From Azolla caroliniana (lineage: Eukaryota > Plantae > Polypodiophyta), in the NCBI GenBank assembly GCA_043228905.1, contig JBHGNT010000004.1, positions 19,096,001 to 19,160,000 of the forward strand: a stretch of 64,000 nucleotides of DNA, in the 5' to 3' direction. Both the position numbers and the translations under genes were made by a program. This document shows, piece by piece, positions 14,330-27,139 of this stretch. The notes under the pieces are model-generated. The model ran no database searches. It was not told where the DNA came from and was given only the letters and a program-made list of their open reading frames with translations. The first letter of the stretch is position 1. Each line of letters starts with the position of its first letter.

Positions 14330-16080
14330 ATTGCATGCATACTAGGTTGGTGCCAATAGCTCTAAAATGAAGATTATGCTTGTGAAGAGCCAGAATAACG
14401 ATAAACCATGCATAATGTACAATAATGAACCACTTGAAAACGTGGAAAGGTTTAAATACCTTGGCCTTGAAGTTCCTTGAAATCATAAATGGAATGAATG
14501 TGCTACCTGCCACTTAGACACCAAACTATTTTGGATATATAATGGAATCAAAACCAAGTGCATGAACTGAAGAAAAGGGTGCAGGGTCTTACAAACAAGC
14601 TAGCTTTTTAATACATCTTAGCACCATCAATGACCTTGTCACCCTTTGAGTGTTAATGGAAGAAAGTCACTTTAGAGGGTTTATATTGTTGCTTCCTAAA
14701 CTTCAAAAAATCTTTAGATATGGTAAGTTGTGATCATCTTTGGGGGCACATTCGGGGTACCTAATGATATATGTGTGCGATTGCTTGAATCTATAACAAG
14801 CTTTTATGTCGTGCATATAGGTGATGAAATCTCAAAATTTTCAATAGCGCTATTGGTGTTAAGCAAGGATAACTACTCTCACCAACTCTACTTGTTCTAA
14901 GCGTTGCTGAATTAGATCAAATGGTTGCTAAGTTTGTAAACAAAGAAGGCATTGAAGAAGTTGCCATTGGAAATGTAGCCATTATTGCTTTTGCTCTATG
15001 CAAAAAATCTGTTGGTTTTGACACATACTTTAGAAGTTGCACAAACGCTTATGAGGTGCATACAAAGTTTAGTGTCAATAACTCTAAAAACAATAATGCT
15101 TATAAAGGGCTCAAATAAGGATAAACCGCGCATTTGTACAATAATGAGCCACTTGAAACTGTAGAAATCTTTAAATATCTTGGCCTTCAAGTTCCCTTAA
15201 ATCATGGATAGAATGAATGTTCTACATGTCGCTTATAGGGGCCAAAGAAAGCTTATTATGCATTTGAGAACTTATGCAATGGAAGAGAAATTAAATGTTA
15301 CGACCTCATCAAACACTTTTTCGATATTTTGATGGTATTGGTGCTTCTCCAATACGGTGGAAATATGGTGGGATAACATCCCTAAGACTGCTTAGAAAGA
15401 GTTTGAAATGTCCACTTTCTTGCAAAGTTCCTCTAAGTTGAGAAACAAATACCATACACCCTCCAAATGTGCTACTAGTCACTTAGCGGCGGGAAAGAGA
15501 GCTAATTATACATTTGAGAACATATGCAATGGTAGAGAAATTCAATGTTGTGTACTCAAGAAATACATCTTTGATACTTTGGTGACACATGCGCTTCTCT
15601 ATGGGGTGGACATACAGGGGGATACCATCCCTTAGTCTAATTAGAAAGAGTATGAAAATTTCCAAAATCCTTTTCCTACAAAGTTTCACTAAACCAAGAA
15701 ACAACTACCATACACCCTCCTTCAGGTGGGAAATCTTCCCATTGAGATCATGTCTGTGGAATCGGTTGACAAGTACATGCTTAAAGCGCAAAAAATCCCA
15801 TGTAGGCAAGCAAAAAGATCCAAAAGACACATAAAAGCAAAACTTTGTGTTCAAATTGGATGTAAGATATGAAAAAATGGTTTGGATAATGGGATGCAAC
15901 ATGCTTGATTCTCAATGCATCAATATTTTCATCTATGAACGAGGCCTTTCCCAACATCAATGTATCATGACATGGAAAAAATGTTGAGAGGACTTTGCTT
16001 CACACCTTGTACTATATATGATGTGCATAACTACAAAATCATATTCTTCATTGAACTAGGGAACCAGAAATTGCATACAA
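14330..16080 (+). mobile_element. Several degenerate RTE-like LINE RT fragments, locally repeated
   Basis: Segment TGTACAATAATGA(A/G)CCACTTGAAA...TTTAAATA(C/T)CTTGGCCTT (FKYLG motif of the RT C-terminal part) occurs at about 14416 and 15135. Segment CATTTGAGAAC..ATGCAATGG occurs at about 15261 and 15511. Confidence 0.5.
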
Positions 16081-18475
16081 TGATTAGCGGTTTTCATCAT
16101 CTGATGGAACTGAAAAGAAAAGTTAGGCCGGGAGGTAGTCTGTATATTTTGTTTTCTTTGCTTAGGCAGTTTTGTTTTTTGGTGGTCCTAAGCCCATAAG
16201 GCAGCATTAGGTAAAGGGAGTTCTCACTAGCTGGTATAAAGTCTTGATTCGCAGAGTGGCCTAAAGGGCAAGGGCGGGAATGGGTTTCTTTTTTTCTACA
16301 AGAAATTCGGATTCATTAGAGAGATAAATTGCTTGCTTGCTTGTGGGGTGAAGTAAATGGCTCACTCATCAAGCCCATGACTTGATTACTACAGGTTTAA
16401 ACCCTACCCCCACCGAGTTTGGCACGTAGCCGAAAGTTATGGAAGCATTTCATGGCACATTAAAATTGACGCCAGAATAACATCGTCAAATTCCCGCTTT
16501 TGCATAATTTGGACACATGAATGCTTTACATATGAACTAGTGTGCTTGTCCTTAATGCGATAAAATGAAAATTCATACAGGTGTTGCATGGCTGTTGTCA
16601 GCTTGAGTTGTGAGACGTTTTGAGCCCGTCTTAATGTTCGCCATCTGAACCGTTGCTTCCATATGGCTTAGTTCTCAGTCCCTTCAGAGTGAGATAGGAT
16701 ATTGAAGTGCATGTGATGAGCTTTTCAACTACCCAGATTTATCATTAAACAAGTTTGGGAGATTGAGTATCATACTTTGATCAAATGATTTGTCTTTGAA
16801 TACATTCAACAATGCTTTCCAAACATATTTGACCCAACCCCATACAGCATTAATTTTTTCTAAGGTCAAAATCTGCACTCTCAATTGCACACAGGTATTT
16901 ACTAGCTCATGCACCCAGGTCCAAATATCACTATCTACACTACTTTACTAGTGCCATTGAGGAATGTAGACGTCTCTCCTGGACAAGCCTACCACCTAAG
17001 CTACAACTGCCTAGGCTGCCCTTCACCCCCAATAAGAACTCCAATTTTCATACCAATGCAATAACAAGTGGTTGTGTTGTAAAGAATCCTTCAATTGTAT
17101 ACATGCACACCTTATTTATAAAAGTTAATGATTATGCCCATTGGAGCATCTACATATATAAGCATCAATATTAAATATAAAAAATCTTTCTGCAAGCAAA
17201 TCAATATGAAAACCTTTCTACAATAATCATAACATGAATTCATAGAACCTGAAGCCACAACTATGGAAGAAAAAAAAGGTCCTACTTTGGAATGTAAATT
17301 CAACGGATGTGGGTCTCAAATGAGTTCATCTTAATTTGCACTATTTTAATGGTTCCAAGTGAGAATAAGAAATAATTTACATCCCTTGGGGTATAAATTA
17401 TATTCTATTGCATACGTATAAAGTAAAACATTAATTTGAAGGCTAAAATAAAGTTTTCATGTGAAAATTTTGTATTTGATCATCAAGGTCCAAATTTGAA
17501 TGAGCCCTCAGAACTTACCACTTTTTCATAGATAGTTTATGTAGAATTTTTGTAGCATTGGTCTTTAATGCTACATTTTTGCAAATGTCAGGTTTCATGT
17601 GGAGCCCAAGTGAGCTTGAAAGTTACCACTGATATATGTATGTACATTTCCAAAAGGGGGAAAACATATACATACAGACCTGTACTCATAAATATACCTA
17701 GACATATATACACATACATATAAAAATGTTTATGTAGATGCAGAGATATGAATAAATTACATGCACAGTGCACATCATACATAAATCAACATGCACATAT
17801 ATCTATGAACAAATATACATACATAGCAGCATTTCATTTTTAGGTTGTGTACATGTTCTACAAAATTTCAAGTGTACATTCTACTCTTCAAGAGCTTACC
17901 AACAGATTTATAGGTATTTGCCTCAGAAATCCTTTCAAGCTCCTCAAGTGTAAGAATTATGCGTTTCTTCTCTGCTTCTTTACTCCTGATTTGCATCTGA
18001 ACCTACAACAAGTGCATCCAAACAGACAATGGAATATACAATATAAAGGAAAAACGTGATTTGCATATATATATATATAACACAACAATATGAAGGGAAT
18101 GGGATGTGCATATATTCCCACATGTTATGTTTTACCTGCTTGAGCTTCCCTGTGCATTCTACTAATCTTGATTGAAGTTCCAGGAAAGCCTAAAACCAAT
18201 CAGAAAGATCATCACGATGATGAGAAGAAGAGGAAGGTGAAGGAGAAAGAAGGAAGGACGAAAAACATGCGGAAGTTTTGCATTTTCTTGTCTGAAGAAT
18301 GTTAGAACACTGTAATGTTTTCTTACCTCCTTGTTAATTTCCGCCATTAGTTACTCGGGAGAAAGAGTGTGAATAATCGAGGGTTCTCAAGGAAATTACC
18401 CAGTTCAGTTTCCTGAAGAGGAAGAATCACAGCAGCCCGCCCCTCCCCTGCGCCTTCTATTCTTGGTGCCTTCGT

Positions 18476-20217
18476 TTGCAGAGAAACCATTACCAGAATA
18501 GCCCTGAGATTTTTTATATTTACAGAAGTAGCCACCCTTTCCCATTAGGGCCCAGAAAGTTTAATATTTTACCTACAAGGGTTCGTGTGGCCCATGTGAC
18601 AGAAAATGCACTTAGGATGACCCTATGGAATTGTAATGGCGCACTTTGGGCACACCCCGGCCGCCTAGAGGAGATACTAAAGGTATCTGATATACTTTTC
18701 TTGGTAGAAACACATCAGAGCCCAAATAGAGGACTCCCACGGGTCGAAGGATTCCGTTGGGAGTCCGCTTTTAGACAAACCTCACGTCGACACACTACTA
18801 GGGGATCTGGAGGTGTCGCGATACTATTTCGTAGAGAGCTACATAATAGGATAGAAATAACGAAGATAGACCCAGAAGCTCGTTTTATGTGGGTGAAAGT
18901 CTCCACAAGTAAAGACCATGCAGTATTTTTCGCCATTTGTTACTTTCCTCCAAAAGGATCCCGTTATAATATTAGTGGCTTGACGAGATTAGTCGATGAA
19001 GGAATGTCACATGGGCCTTCTCCATACGAACCCCTATCGGATGACATAATCCGATATTCTTCCCAAGGAGAAGTATTTCTTGTAGGAGACTTCAATGCGA
19101 GAACCCAATCCCGACAATGCACAGTATTTCAGATGAATAGAAACCTAGAAATGGTAAATGTTGATCCTTTAGACATAGGCACCACATGTAGATCAAAGGA
19201 TCAAGGTGCGGACGCCACGAGCTTTGGCCATCATCTGCTCGAACTTGGCAGTCGGCACCAGATGGTCATATATAATGGTTTAGCTAAGTGGTCGGGCTCG
19301 GAAGAGCTCACATGTTTCCCACATGGAGGAGGGGAAAGCACAGTTGACTATCTAATAGGGCGCCCTGAAGCTACCCACATGATTAACTCTTCCGAGTGGC
19401 CCCATGCCCTATTGGCGTAGACCATAGTTTCTTATACTTCGAGCTAAAATGTGATATCTCTAAGGTCACCAAGTCTAGTCAACCATGCCATCACACCACA
19501 ATACATTTCACACATGAGCTCTCTGACATATACTCTCAACATGTTCAGGCCCATCTCCCCTCCATTGATCCCTCCCTACCGTTAGAAAGCCTTAGTACAA
19601 AACTCACACACATCCTTCACTCCGCAGCAGCTAGCAGTTTTCCATATACAAAACACTCAAATCAAGGTAGATCAGGATCAATGCCACAAAATAAATGGTA
19701 TGACGAGGATTGTAGGGACCTACATAGACAACTTACAGTATCGCAACTCAATGGTAGTATTACCTCCATACAAGCTCGCAAAGAAATGCGTAAGATGACA
19801 CGTCGTAAGAGACGAGCGTGGGAGGCATCCCAATACTGGGAATAGGGATCGGCAACGGTTCGGTTTAGGCTTAGCCGGTTTGGCCTGATCCAAGCCAAAC
19901 CGGCTAAGCCTAAACCGTTTACAGGATCTCAAACCTGAGCCGAGCCAAGCCGAGCCGGTTCACAAACCGGTTTAGGCTAAACCGGTTTATGCTAAACCGG
20001 TTTGTGAACCGGCTTGGTAAACGGCTTGTAAACCGGTTTCCAAACCGGCTTGGAAACCGGTTTAGAAACCTCCGTCTCTCTCTCTCTCTCTCTCCCTACC
20101 TCCCTCTCTCTCTCAGATGATCCCTCCCACTCTCTCTCACGTCTGTGGTCTCGACTCTCTCTCCTTCTCCCTCTCTCTCCCCTCTATGTAAATCCTCTCT
20201 CTCTCCCCTCTATGTAG

Positions 20218-20253
<36 letters not shown>

Positions 20254-23200
20254 GTCTATGGTCTCGACTCTCCCTCCCTCTCTCTCTCTCTCCCCTCTAT
20301 GTAGTTCATCTCTCTCTCTCTCTCTCCCCTCTATGTAGTTCCTCTCTCTCTCTCTCTCTCTCCCCTCTGTGTAGTCTCTCTCTCTCTCTCTCTCTCTCTC
20401 CCCTCTGTCTCTCCCCTCTATGTAGTTCCTCTCTCTCTCTCTCTCTCTCTCTCCTTATATGTTGTCTCCCTCCCTCTCTCTCTCTCTCCTCGTTTGTGTA
20501 GTCTCTCTCTCTATCTCTCCTTATATGTTGTCTCCCTCCCTCTCTCTCTCTCTCCTCGTTTGTGTAGTCTCTCTCTCTCTCTCTCTCTCTCCTTATATGT
20601 TGTCTCCCTCCCTCTGTCTCTCTCTCCTCGTCTATGTAGTTCTCCCTCCCTTACTCTCTCTCTCTCTTTCCCCTTGTCTGTTGTCTCTCTCCCCCTCTCT
20701 AAAGTTTATAAACGGCTTAAACAGTTTATCCGGCTTAGCCGGCTTGAGCCGGTTTGGCAAGGCTCAAGCCAAGCCGAGCCGAGCTCAAACCGTTAAGGCA
20801 AGTTCAAGCCTAAACCGAGCCGAGCCGAGCCGCTAAGCTGTTTTCAAGCCGGCTAAGCCAAACGGTTTAGGCTTGAGCCGAGCCGTTGCCGATCCCTAAC
20901 TGGGAACTCTACCATATGCTCATGAGTAGCGATTGCGCCACGGCATGGAAGAGACTACGGGAGCCAAGACCACAAACACCCATCGAAGATCCCGAAACTT
21001 GGCACACATATACAGAGAGACTTTACCAAATCCCAAACCAACCACCCTTTCCAATGCCTTCCACACCCCGGCCTACCACGGGGACACTTTTCACGACCTC
21101 TAGGGTCATGAAGGTCATAAAGAAATTACAACATAGGAAGTCCATGGACCATACAGGATTGCGAGTAGAACACATTATATATGCGAGAGAGTGCCTAGCT
21201 CCCTTGCTAACTCTAATCTTCAATCGTGCCCTTGCGGAGGGTTTTCCACCACAGTGGACTATGAATACAGTGGCCCCCATACATAAAGGGGGGGACCCCA
21301 TGGACCCAAATACATATAGGACCATTATGATAGGCCATACCCTTGCTAAGTTATATGGTGCAGTAATGGAAGCAGAGCTTAGCGACTACATGGAGACCCT
21401 AAACCTTCGTGCACCTGAACAAGCTGGCTTTAGACGAGCCTTTTCCACTATTGATCATATCTTCACACTTAGATGCCTAATTGACCAAACTAAGGCTTGC
21501 AAGAAGAAATTATATTGTTGTTTTGTGGACTTCCGCAAAGCCTTTGACACAGTCCCTAGAGAGCGGTTGTTTGATAGACTTAAAAGCTTGAGGATACCAG
21601 ATGATATGGTATGGGCCATCTACACACTATATGAACAAGTGTCCGGGTGTGTCTGATGCCCAGGTGGCCTATCCAATCGTTTCACTAGCACTATTGGTGT
21701 AAAACAAGGTTGCCCCCTATCACCGACGCTTTTTGGGATCTACATTGATGAGATCACAGATTTTATTGCTCGTGAGGGAGGCACCGGAGTGGTCCTTGGG
21801 GATACGCAGGTTCGTATCTTGCTCTATGCGGATGACATAGTTTTGCTCTCTGAATCCGAACACGACCTACAGAGGCACCTTAATGCCTTAGATGACTTTT
21901 GTGTACAACAAGGATTGGTAGTGAATCTAGGGAAAACGAAAGTCCTTATCTTCCACACATCGGCCCAAGTTAGAGCTAAGTGTCACCTAACTATCTCCCA
22001 TAGCCTAGTCGAGGTGGTTGAATCGTACGTCTATCTCGGAGTCACTTTTAGTGCCCGCTCAGGTAAATTTTCGATGACACAGGCAGCGAAGGATAGACTC
22101 ACGAAAGGACATGCATCCCTCTCACTCCTAGAGAGACAATGCCACCAAGCACACTTTCAAGAGCCACGGACTAAAGGGTGGCTCTTTGACTCATTAGTGA
22201 CCCCCTCCCTCATGTATGCATCAGCGGTTTGGGCTCCAGGATTACCATCCTTCATGTGGACGCAATTAGAAAGACCATTGGTGATGATGCTATCACGCCA
22301 ACTCCGAAGCAAATCGACTGTACCACATGACATTATTAGGGCCGAGTTCACGTTACCCCCAATGCTAGTAGAGGCACTTTTTCAACTTGTAGTCTTCATT
22401 GATAGGATACATAGCCAACCACATGATAGAATATCTCATCAAGCCTTTAAGGCCTCTCGATCATTGTATGAGTCCGGCTATACTAGCTCATGGTATGGCA
22501 TGATGGTGAGTTGGCTTCTTGCGAATGGTCTAGACATTAATAACCTACCTCCCCTTAGGTACAACCACACGAGTGATAACACCTTAATCTCTCATGAGAA
22601 CCGCAATAAAGTAATACGCCAAGAAATATGGCAAATTTACACTCGGTGTAAATGGATCACCCCACTAGAGCCACTTCCATCTAAAATGTCGTACTATAAG
22701 AAACACTTCATGCACTTCTCTGAGTTAGGTTTTATCACGCGGCCAAAATATCTAGATGTATTCTTACCACATGCACTAAGGGTTGCCATTGGACAACTTA
22801 GAATATCATCTCACCAACTTGAGATTGAAAATGGCCGTACTAGTGGAGTCCCTAGGGAGGAAAGGATATGTAGGTTATGTCACATAGAGATAGAGGATGA
22901 GTACCACTTTACATGCAAGTGTCCAACCTATGCCGAGATAAGGGCAAAATACCAAGACATACTTGGTCCGTCTCCCACCCTCCCCAAACTATTAGATACT
23001 CTAGATATAAAGAAATTAGGCAAATACATTCTAGAGCTAAAACAACACAGAGAGAATAAATTACAAAATGATGACAATAATGTTGCTAATGATCACGAAC
23101 ATGTAACAAATGCAGTTTTTCAGGAACCTGAGGAGACAACGAATGCCGACACACTTGCACCACTCGGCCTTTCCATTGATGAGGCAGAAAACCAGAGAAG

Positions 23201-23595
23201 AACCAGACGTCCTCGGGTGCCGGGTTTCAAAGCAACTCGACGTGATGTGGAAGCAATATTGAAAATAAGGGAACGTGAGCTACACCGCCTAGAAGCCATG
23301 GCTAGGGCACTCTCTACATTGGAACCCACATCAAGACCCTTTGACCCCCCACTTCTTTTCGAGAGGCTTGGGTGGAAATAAAATTAGGCTTAGTGTATAG
23401 TCACTTTCGAGTATACTACATATTGTACACTACTAGAACTCTTTTAGTTTAAGTTCTATTTTTTTACTTAATTTTATTTTAGTTATGATGACTGGATAAA
23501 TACTCTATTGTTGTAAACCAATTGTCTCATGGGCCAAATTTGGCCTTAGAAGACGTTAATACATCTTTCTTTCTTTCTTTCTTCTCTCTCTCTCC
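18476..23595 (+). mobile_element. Near full-length single-ORF RTE-like non-LTR retrotransposon (APE endonuclease + RT + CCHC), inactivated and interrupted by a MITE
   Basis: APE motifs LWNCNG, LVETH, SGGVA, GDFNAR, STVDY. RT motifs EQAGFR, FVDFRKAFD, GVKQGCPLSP, LLYADD, YLGV. C-terminal CRLC..EDEYHFTCKC. Frameshift near 19395, TGA at 21654, and a (TCTT)n/(CT)n tail after 23563. 5' boundary uncertain. Confidence 0.9.
19843..20898. mobile_element. Non-autonomous hAT element (1056 bp) inserted in the LINE ORF
   Basis: Perfect 16-bp TIR TAGGGATCGGCAACGG / CCGTTGCCGATCCCTA. Perfect 8-bp TSD ACTGGGAA at 19835-19842 and 20899-20906. Subterminal AAACCG/AGCCG arrays and a central CT-rich minisatellite. 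Removing it restores the reading frame ASQYWELYHMLM. Confidence 0.95.
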
Positions 23596-23770
23596 CTCTT
23601 TTTGACACTTTCTCTCTTTAATATATCTCTCTTTAGAAGACGTTAATATATATCTTTCTTTCTCTCTTTTTGACACTTTGAGGAAACTTTTGGAATCATG
23701 TGCAAAAATGTCCCGAAACATCGTTAGCAATACCTATTTCATTTGTCTTGATCAATGTCTCAAACTACGT

Positions 23771-24473
23771 TGTCGCGGTGTGTCGGATAGGACGGGACCA
23801 CGGGGGTCTTGGACTAGGGAGTAAGAGGAGGGAGAGAAGCTTGGGAGTTCAACCGAGAAGGAAGAGAAAGATTAAGATTCAAGAGAATAAGATCTAAACA
23901 AGACAAGATACATTATGGAAAACACCACATCAATTACAGTCGTGGCCGTGTAGGCCGAATGTAAACCATCTAGATGAAATCCTAATCGGATAGGGGAAAA
24001 GAAGAAGAAGAAGACGAATGAAACCCCTAAAATGAGATCCTAAAACCCAAAATTTTGAAACCCTAATGGCAACCCAAATAAACCCAAAAAGTGGAAGCCC
24101 TTCAAAAGTGACCCCTCACTCCCTTTTATCGTAGTAAGGGGTGAGGCACATTACAAAAAGAAGTGGTGAAATCCCCTTTCTTTCAAAGGAGAGTATTTGA
24201 CCCCGATCTTAGGAGGTGAGATTGATGGGTCTTAACTCCCTCTCCTCTCACCGACATACTCAATGCCCACTACTCCCTACACTCATCCTTCATGTGCCTC
24301 CCTCTAGTCTACAAAGTGCACATCACCTTTATACCTTTACATCTTACTTTTCCTCCTTACATTTGTCTATTATTCCTATGTTACAATTTTCCTAAGTTCA
24401 TGTGCAATGTTACACATCTTGTTTTATTCCTCCCGCTAGGGTTTTCTCACCATGGCTGAAAATCCTCACGACA
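23771..24473. mobile_element. Probable solo LTR
   Basis: TGTCG...CGACA ends flanked by ACGT on both sides (23767-23770 and 24474-24477). No coding sequence. Confidence 0.4.
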
Positions 24474-25178
24474 ACGTTAGCCCGTTTGCAGCCTTGGACC
24501 TTTTGTGTCGTACTTTGTGTAGGCATCTTGTTGGCCAAGCATAATACAATTGCTCGCATTCAACACCGGAGCATGTAATAACTATCTTGGGTCTTTCAGT
24601 GTGAAAGGTCTCGCATAAAATGACTGGTTGCATTGAAAGTTAGGATCCATTCTAGTCATTCTTTTTCCTTTGTGATAACAAAATTGATCACCGGAACTTT
24701 GGCTAATTTGTTAACCATCATTAACTAGGCCCTTGCACCCACACAAGAACTTTGACCATCATTTTATTTTCTCTTCATGATTTTGAGGTTCTAAGCTATC
24801 AATATCAATGTATTGGATTTTTCTAGGTTTAACACTAAAGTGACGTTATGAGTGGGCGCTATTTTCAGCCAAACCAAATTCATGTGTAGGCAAATATATG
24901 TATATCCCTTGTGTCTTTCTTTGTCTCAACGCTACACAAACTAGAAACAAGGTGTTTCAAGCTAACTTCTCTCTATAGACATGGACTTTGACAATTCATT
25001 TTTTTCTCTATACAAAACAAGTGTGTTCTTAATATCTATATCAAATTTTAATATAGAAAATGACGATGATAAAGTGGCATTATATTGATCCCTTTATTGT
25101 AGAGTGTGCACTTAGTTTTTTGCAATCCAAGGTCATGAAGTCACCCTATAATGAAAGTTTATATTCTAACTAAGACAG

Positions 25179-25851
25179 GGTTGGTTGTCTACCTAAAACA
25201 TGGGGGTCTTGAAACTCAAGGAAACATGGTCGAGAGAGAGAGAGTATGCAAAAGAGAGGTTTCATTATCATTAATAAAATGTGATTACAAAGGTAGATTA
25301 GTTACAAGCTCATTAGAGCCAACATGATCAAGGAGAGTGAGCAAATCAAGGAATGAGGGCCAAATGAGGCATGGTCTTCTTTTATAGGCCAAATATGGCT
25401 GTTGGGACTAGCCATTGGGATAGTCCCTTGGGATTGCCCATTGGAACTGGTTGTCCCAACCCAAGGGTGGCACTCCTTTTGGAATTGGAATTGGGATTCG
25501 TTCTTGTCTTGGGTCCCAATGCAGATTGGGACTAGGAGGGTGCATGGGACTATCCCAACTCATATTGGGATTACGTGGAATTGTCCCAACCTTGCATGTT
25601 CCTCCTCAAGCTTGTCCCAACTTCGATCGAGACTCCTTGGGTCTCTCCCAACTCGTTTTGGAACTTCTTGGGTTCATTCCAACTCACTTTAGAGCCGCAT
25701 TCCGGTTGAGACTTTTGGGTGCACCACAAGGTTGATGGACTCAAAACAAGTTTCCATCATGCTACAATTAGATTATACAAGACATAGTGAGTTTCCACAC
25801 AATGAGAAATGTTGATGTTTGTCGCCCAACTCTCAATCATTGGCAACAACA
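25179..25851 (-). mobile_element. Possible degenerate solo LTR
   Basis: On the minus strand it starts TGTTGTTGCC, has TATA-like CCTATAAAA at about 25380-25388 and repeated TTGGGA/TCCCAA motifs. No TSD found. Confidence 0.25.
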
Positions 25852-27139
25852 CGTCACACATGGGGCTACAAATTTTTGTCTCAATTGTTGATTTTTAGAT
25901 GCAAATCGTTTCGCAATTGAATAAATCAAGTTCACCTTCACAAGATATAGAAGGTAGAAGAATTAGGAGGAAAACAATCTTGAAGTGAAGCTACATTTAA
26001 TGAATGCCTTGGTTTCTAAATAAAGTGAAAAATGTTGATGGTTTGACAATACATCGGTCAAACTAAATGTGTTTGGTTCTAAAATGTAAACACTTCTTGG
26101 TTTAACAAATAAATCTAATGTTTACAAGATATAGGTGGCAAAGGGTTGGGAGGAAAACAATGGACCTTCAAATGCGAAGAAAATCAATACATTGTCATTA
26201 GTTGCATAAATATTAAGTTAAGGAAGAAATGTAACACAAAGCATGAATAATAGTATATTTCCATACATATATCGGTGATATTTGCTCTTCCATTCTCTAT
26301 TGGGGGTGTCATAAAAAGTCTCTTTCCATCTATGTAAAGTGACAATTGAGTAAAACCTTAAGGCAAATAAAAACAAAACCAATGTTCTCAAAAGTATGGT
26401 ACGTGGATTAATTACAAAAAAGTTTGTGATCTCATTTATTCTACTTCATAGAAAATGACCTTACAAGTAGGAAGACAATTTGTTTGAACAAATAAATGTG
26501 TGAGAATTCCTTTCAATCATGCCAAGCACCACATATATTGTTGTATGACGGGCACCTTCATCTTTTGGTCATTTTTAAAATTACAAAAAAGCTTAAGATG
26601 ACATAGAACACTGAAAATGCTTGCATGCCATTGAGTGGGCAATTAATTGTAAGAGCATGGTATATTGATGGGCAAAATGATGCTCATGTTGGTTCTCTAC
26701 TTGAGAGATGGCCACCATCATGAATAGATACGGTATTTGGAGGATAAAACATTTTATGAAATCATGGGATTTGGACAAAATGCATTGTGTTCATATATAC
26801 CTGATATCTAAAAGAAATGTTTTATTCTTTGTTTTCAGAAAAAATCAAATATTTCACAATATTTTGAAACAATGTCTACTTGCTCTTTTCACAAACTCGA
26901 TTTCTTGTCATACAATTCATGATGGCTCTGTTCAAAATGCTCTTTGTTCATTCATGTAGGCTCTGAATGGTTCTCGCAAATCTTTGTTCAAAGGTTCTTT
27001 AAAACTGAGCACATCTCATGCTGACGCATTAAATACTATCAGATTTAATCATTCTAACTACTTTGGGAGACCCAACTCCTAAAGGTTATTTAGAATAAAG
27101 ATTTCACCAGCCAAAACACTAGGACAAGGGAATAAAGAA

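Noticed and set aside
20075-20700. CRISPR-like array or Ser/Leu-rich ORFs (20145-20836)
   Set aside because: The spacers are just (CT)n. This is a minisatellite inside the hAT MITE and the ORFs are low-complexity artefacts.
24031-24070. AAACCCTA telomere-like motifs (also near 48531 and 51494-51511)
   Set aside because: Isolated telo-box-like copies, not an array, and common in plant LTRs and promoters.
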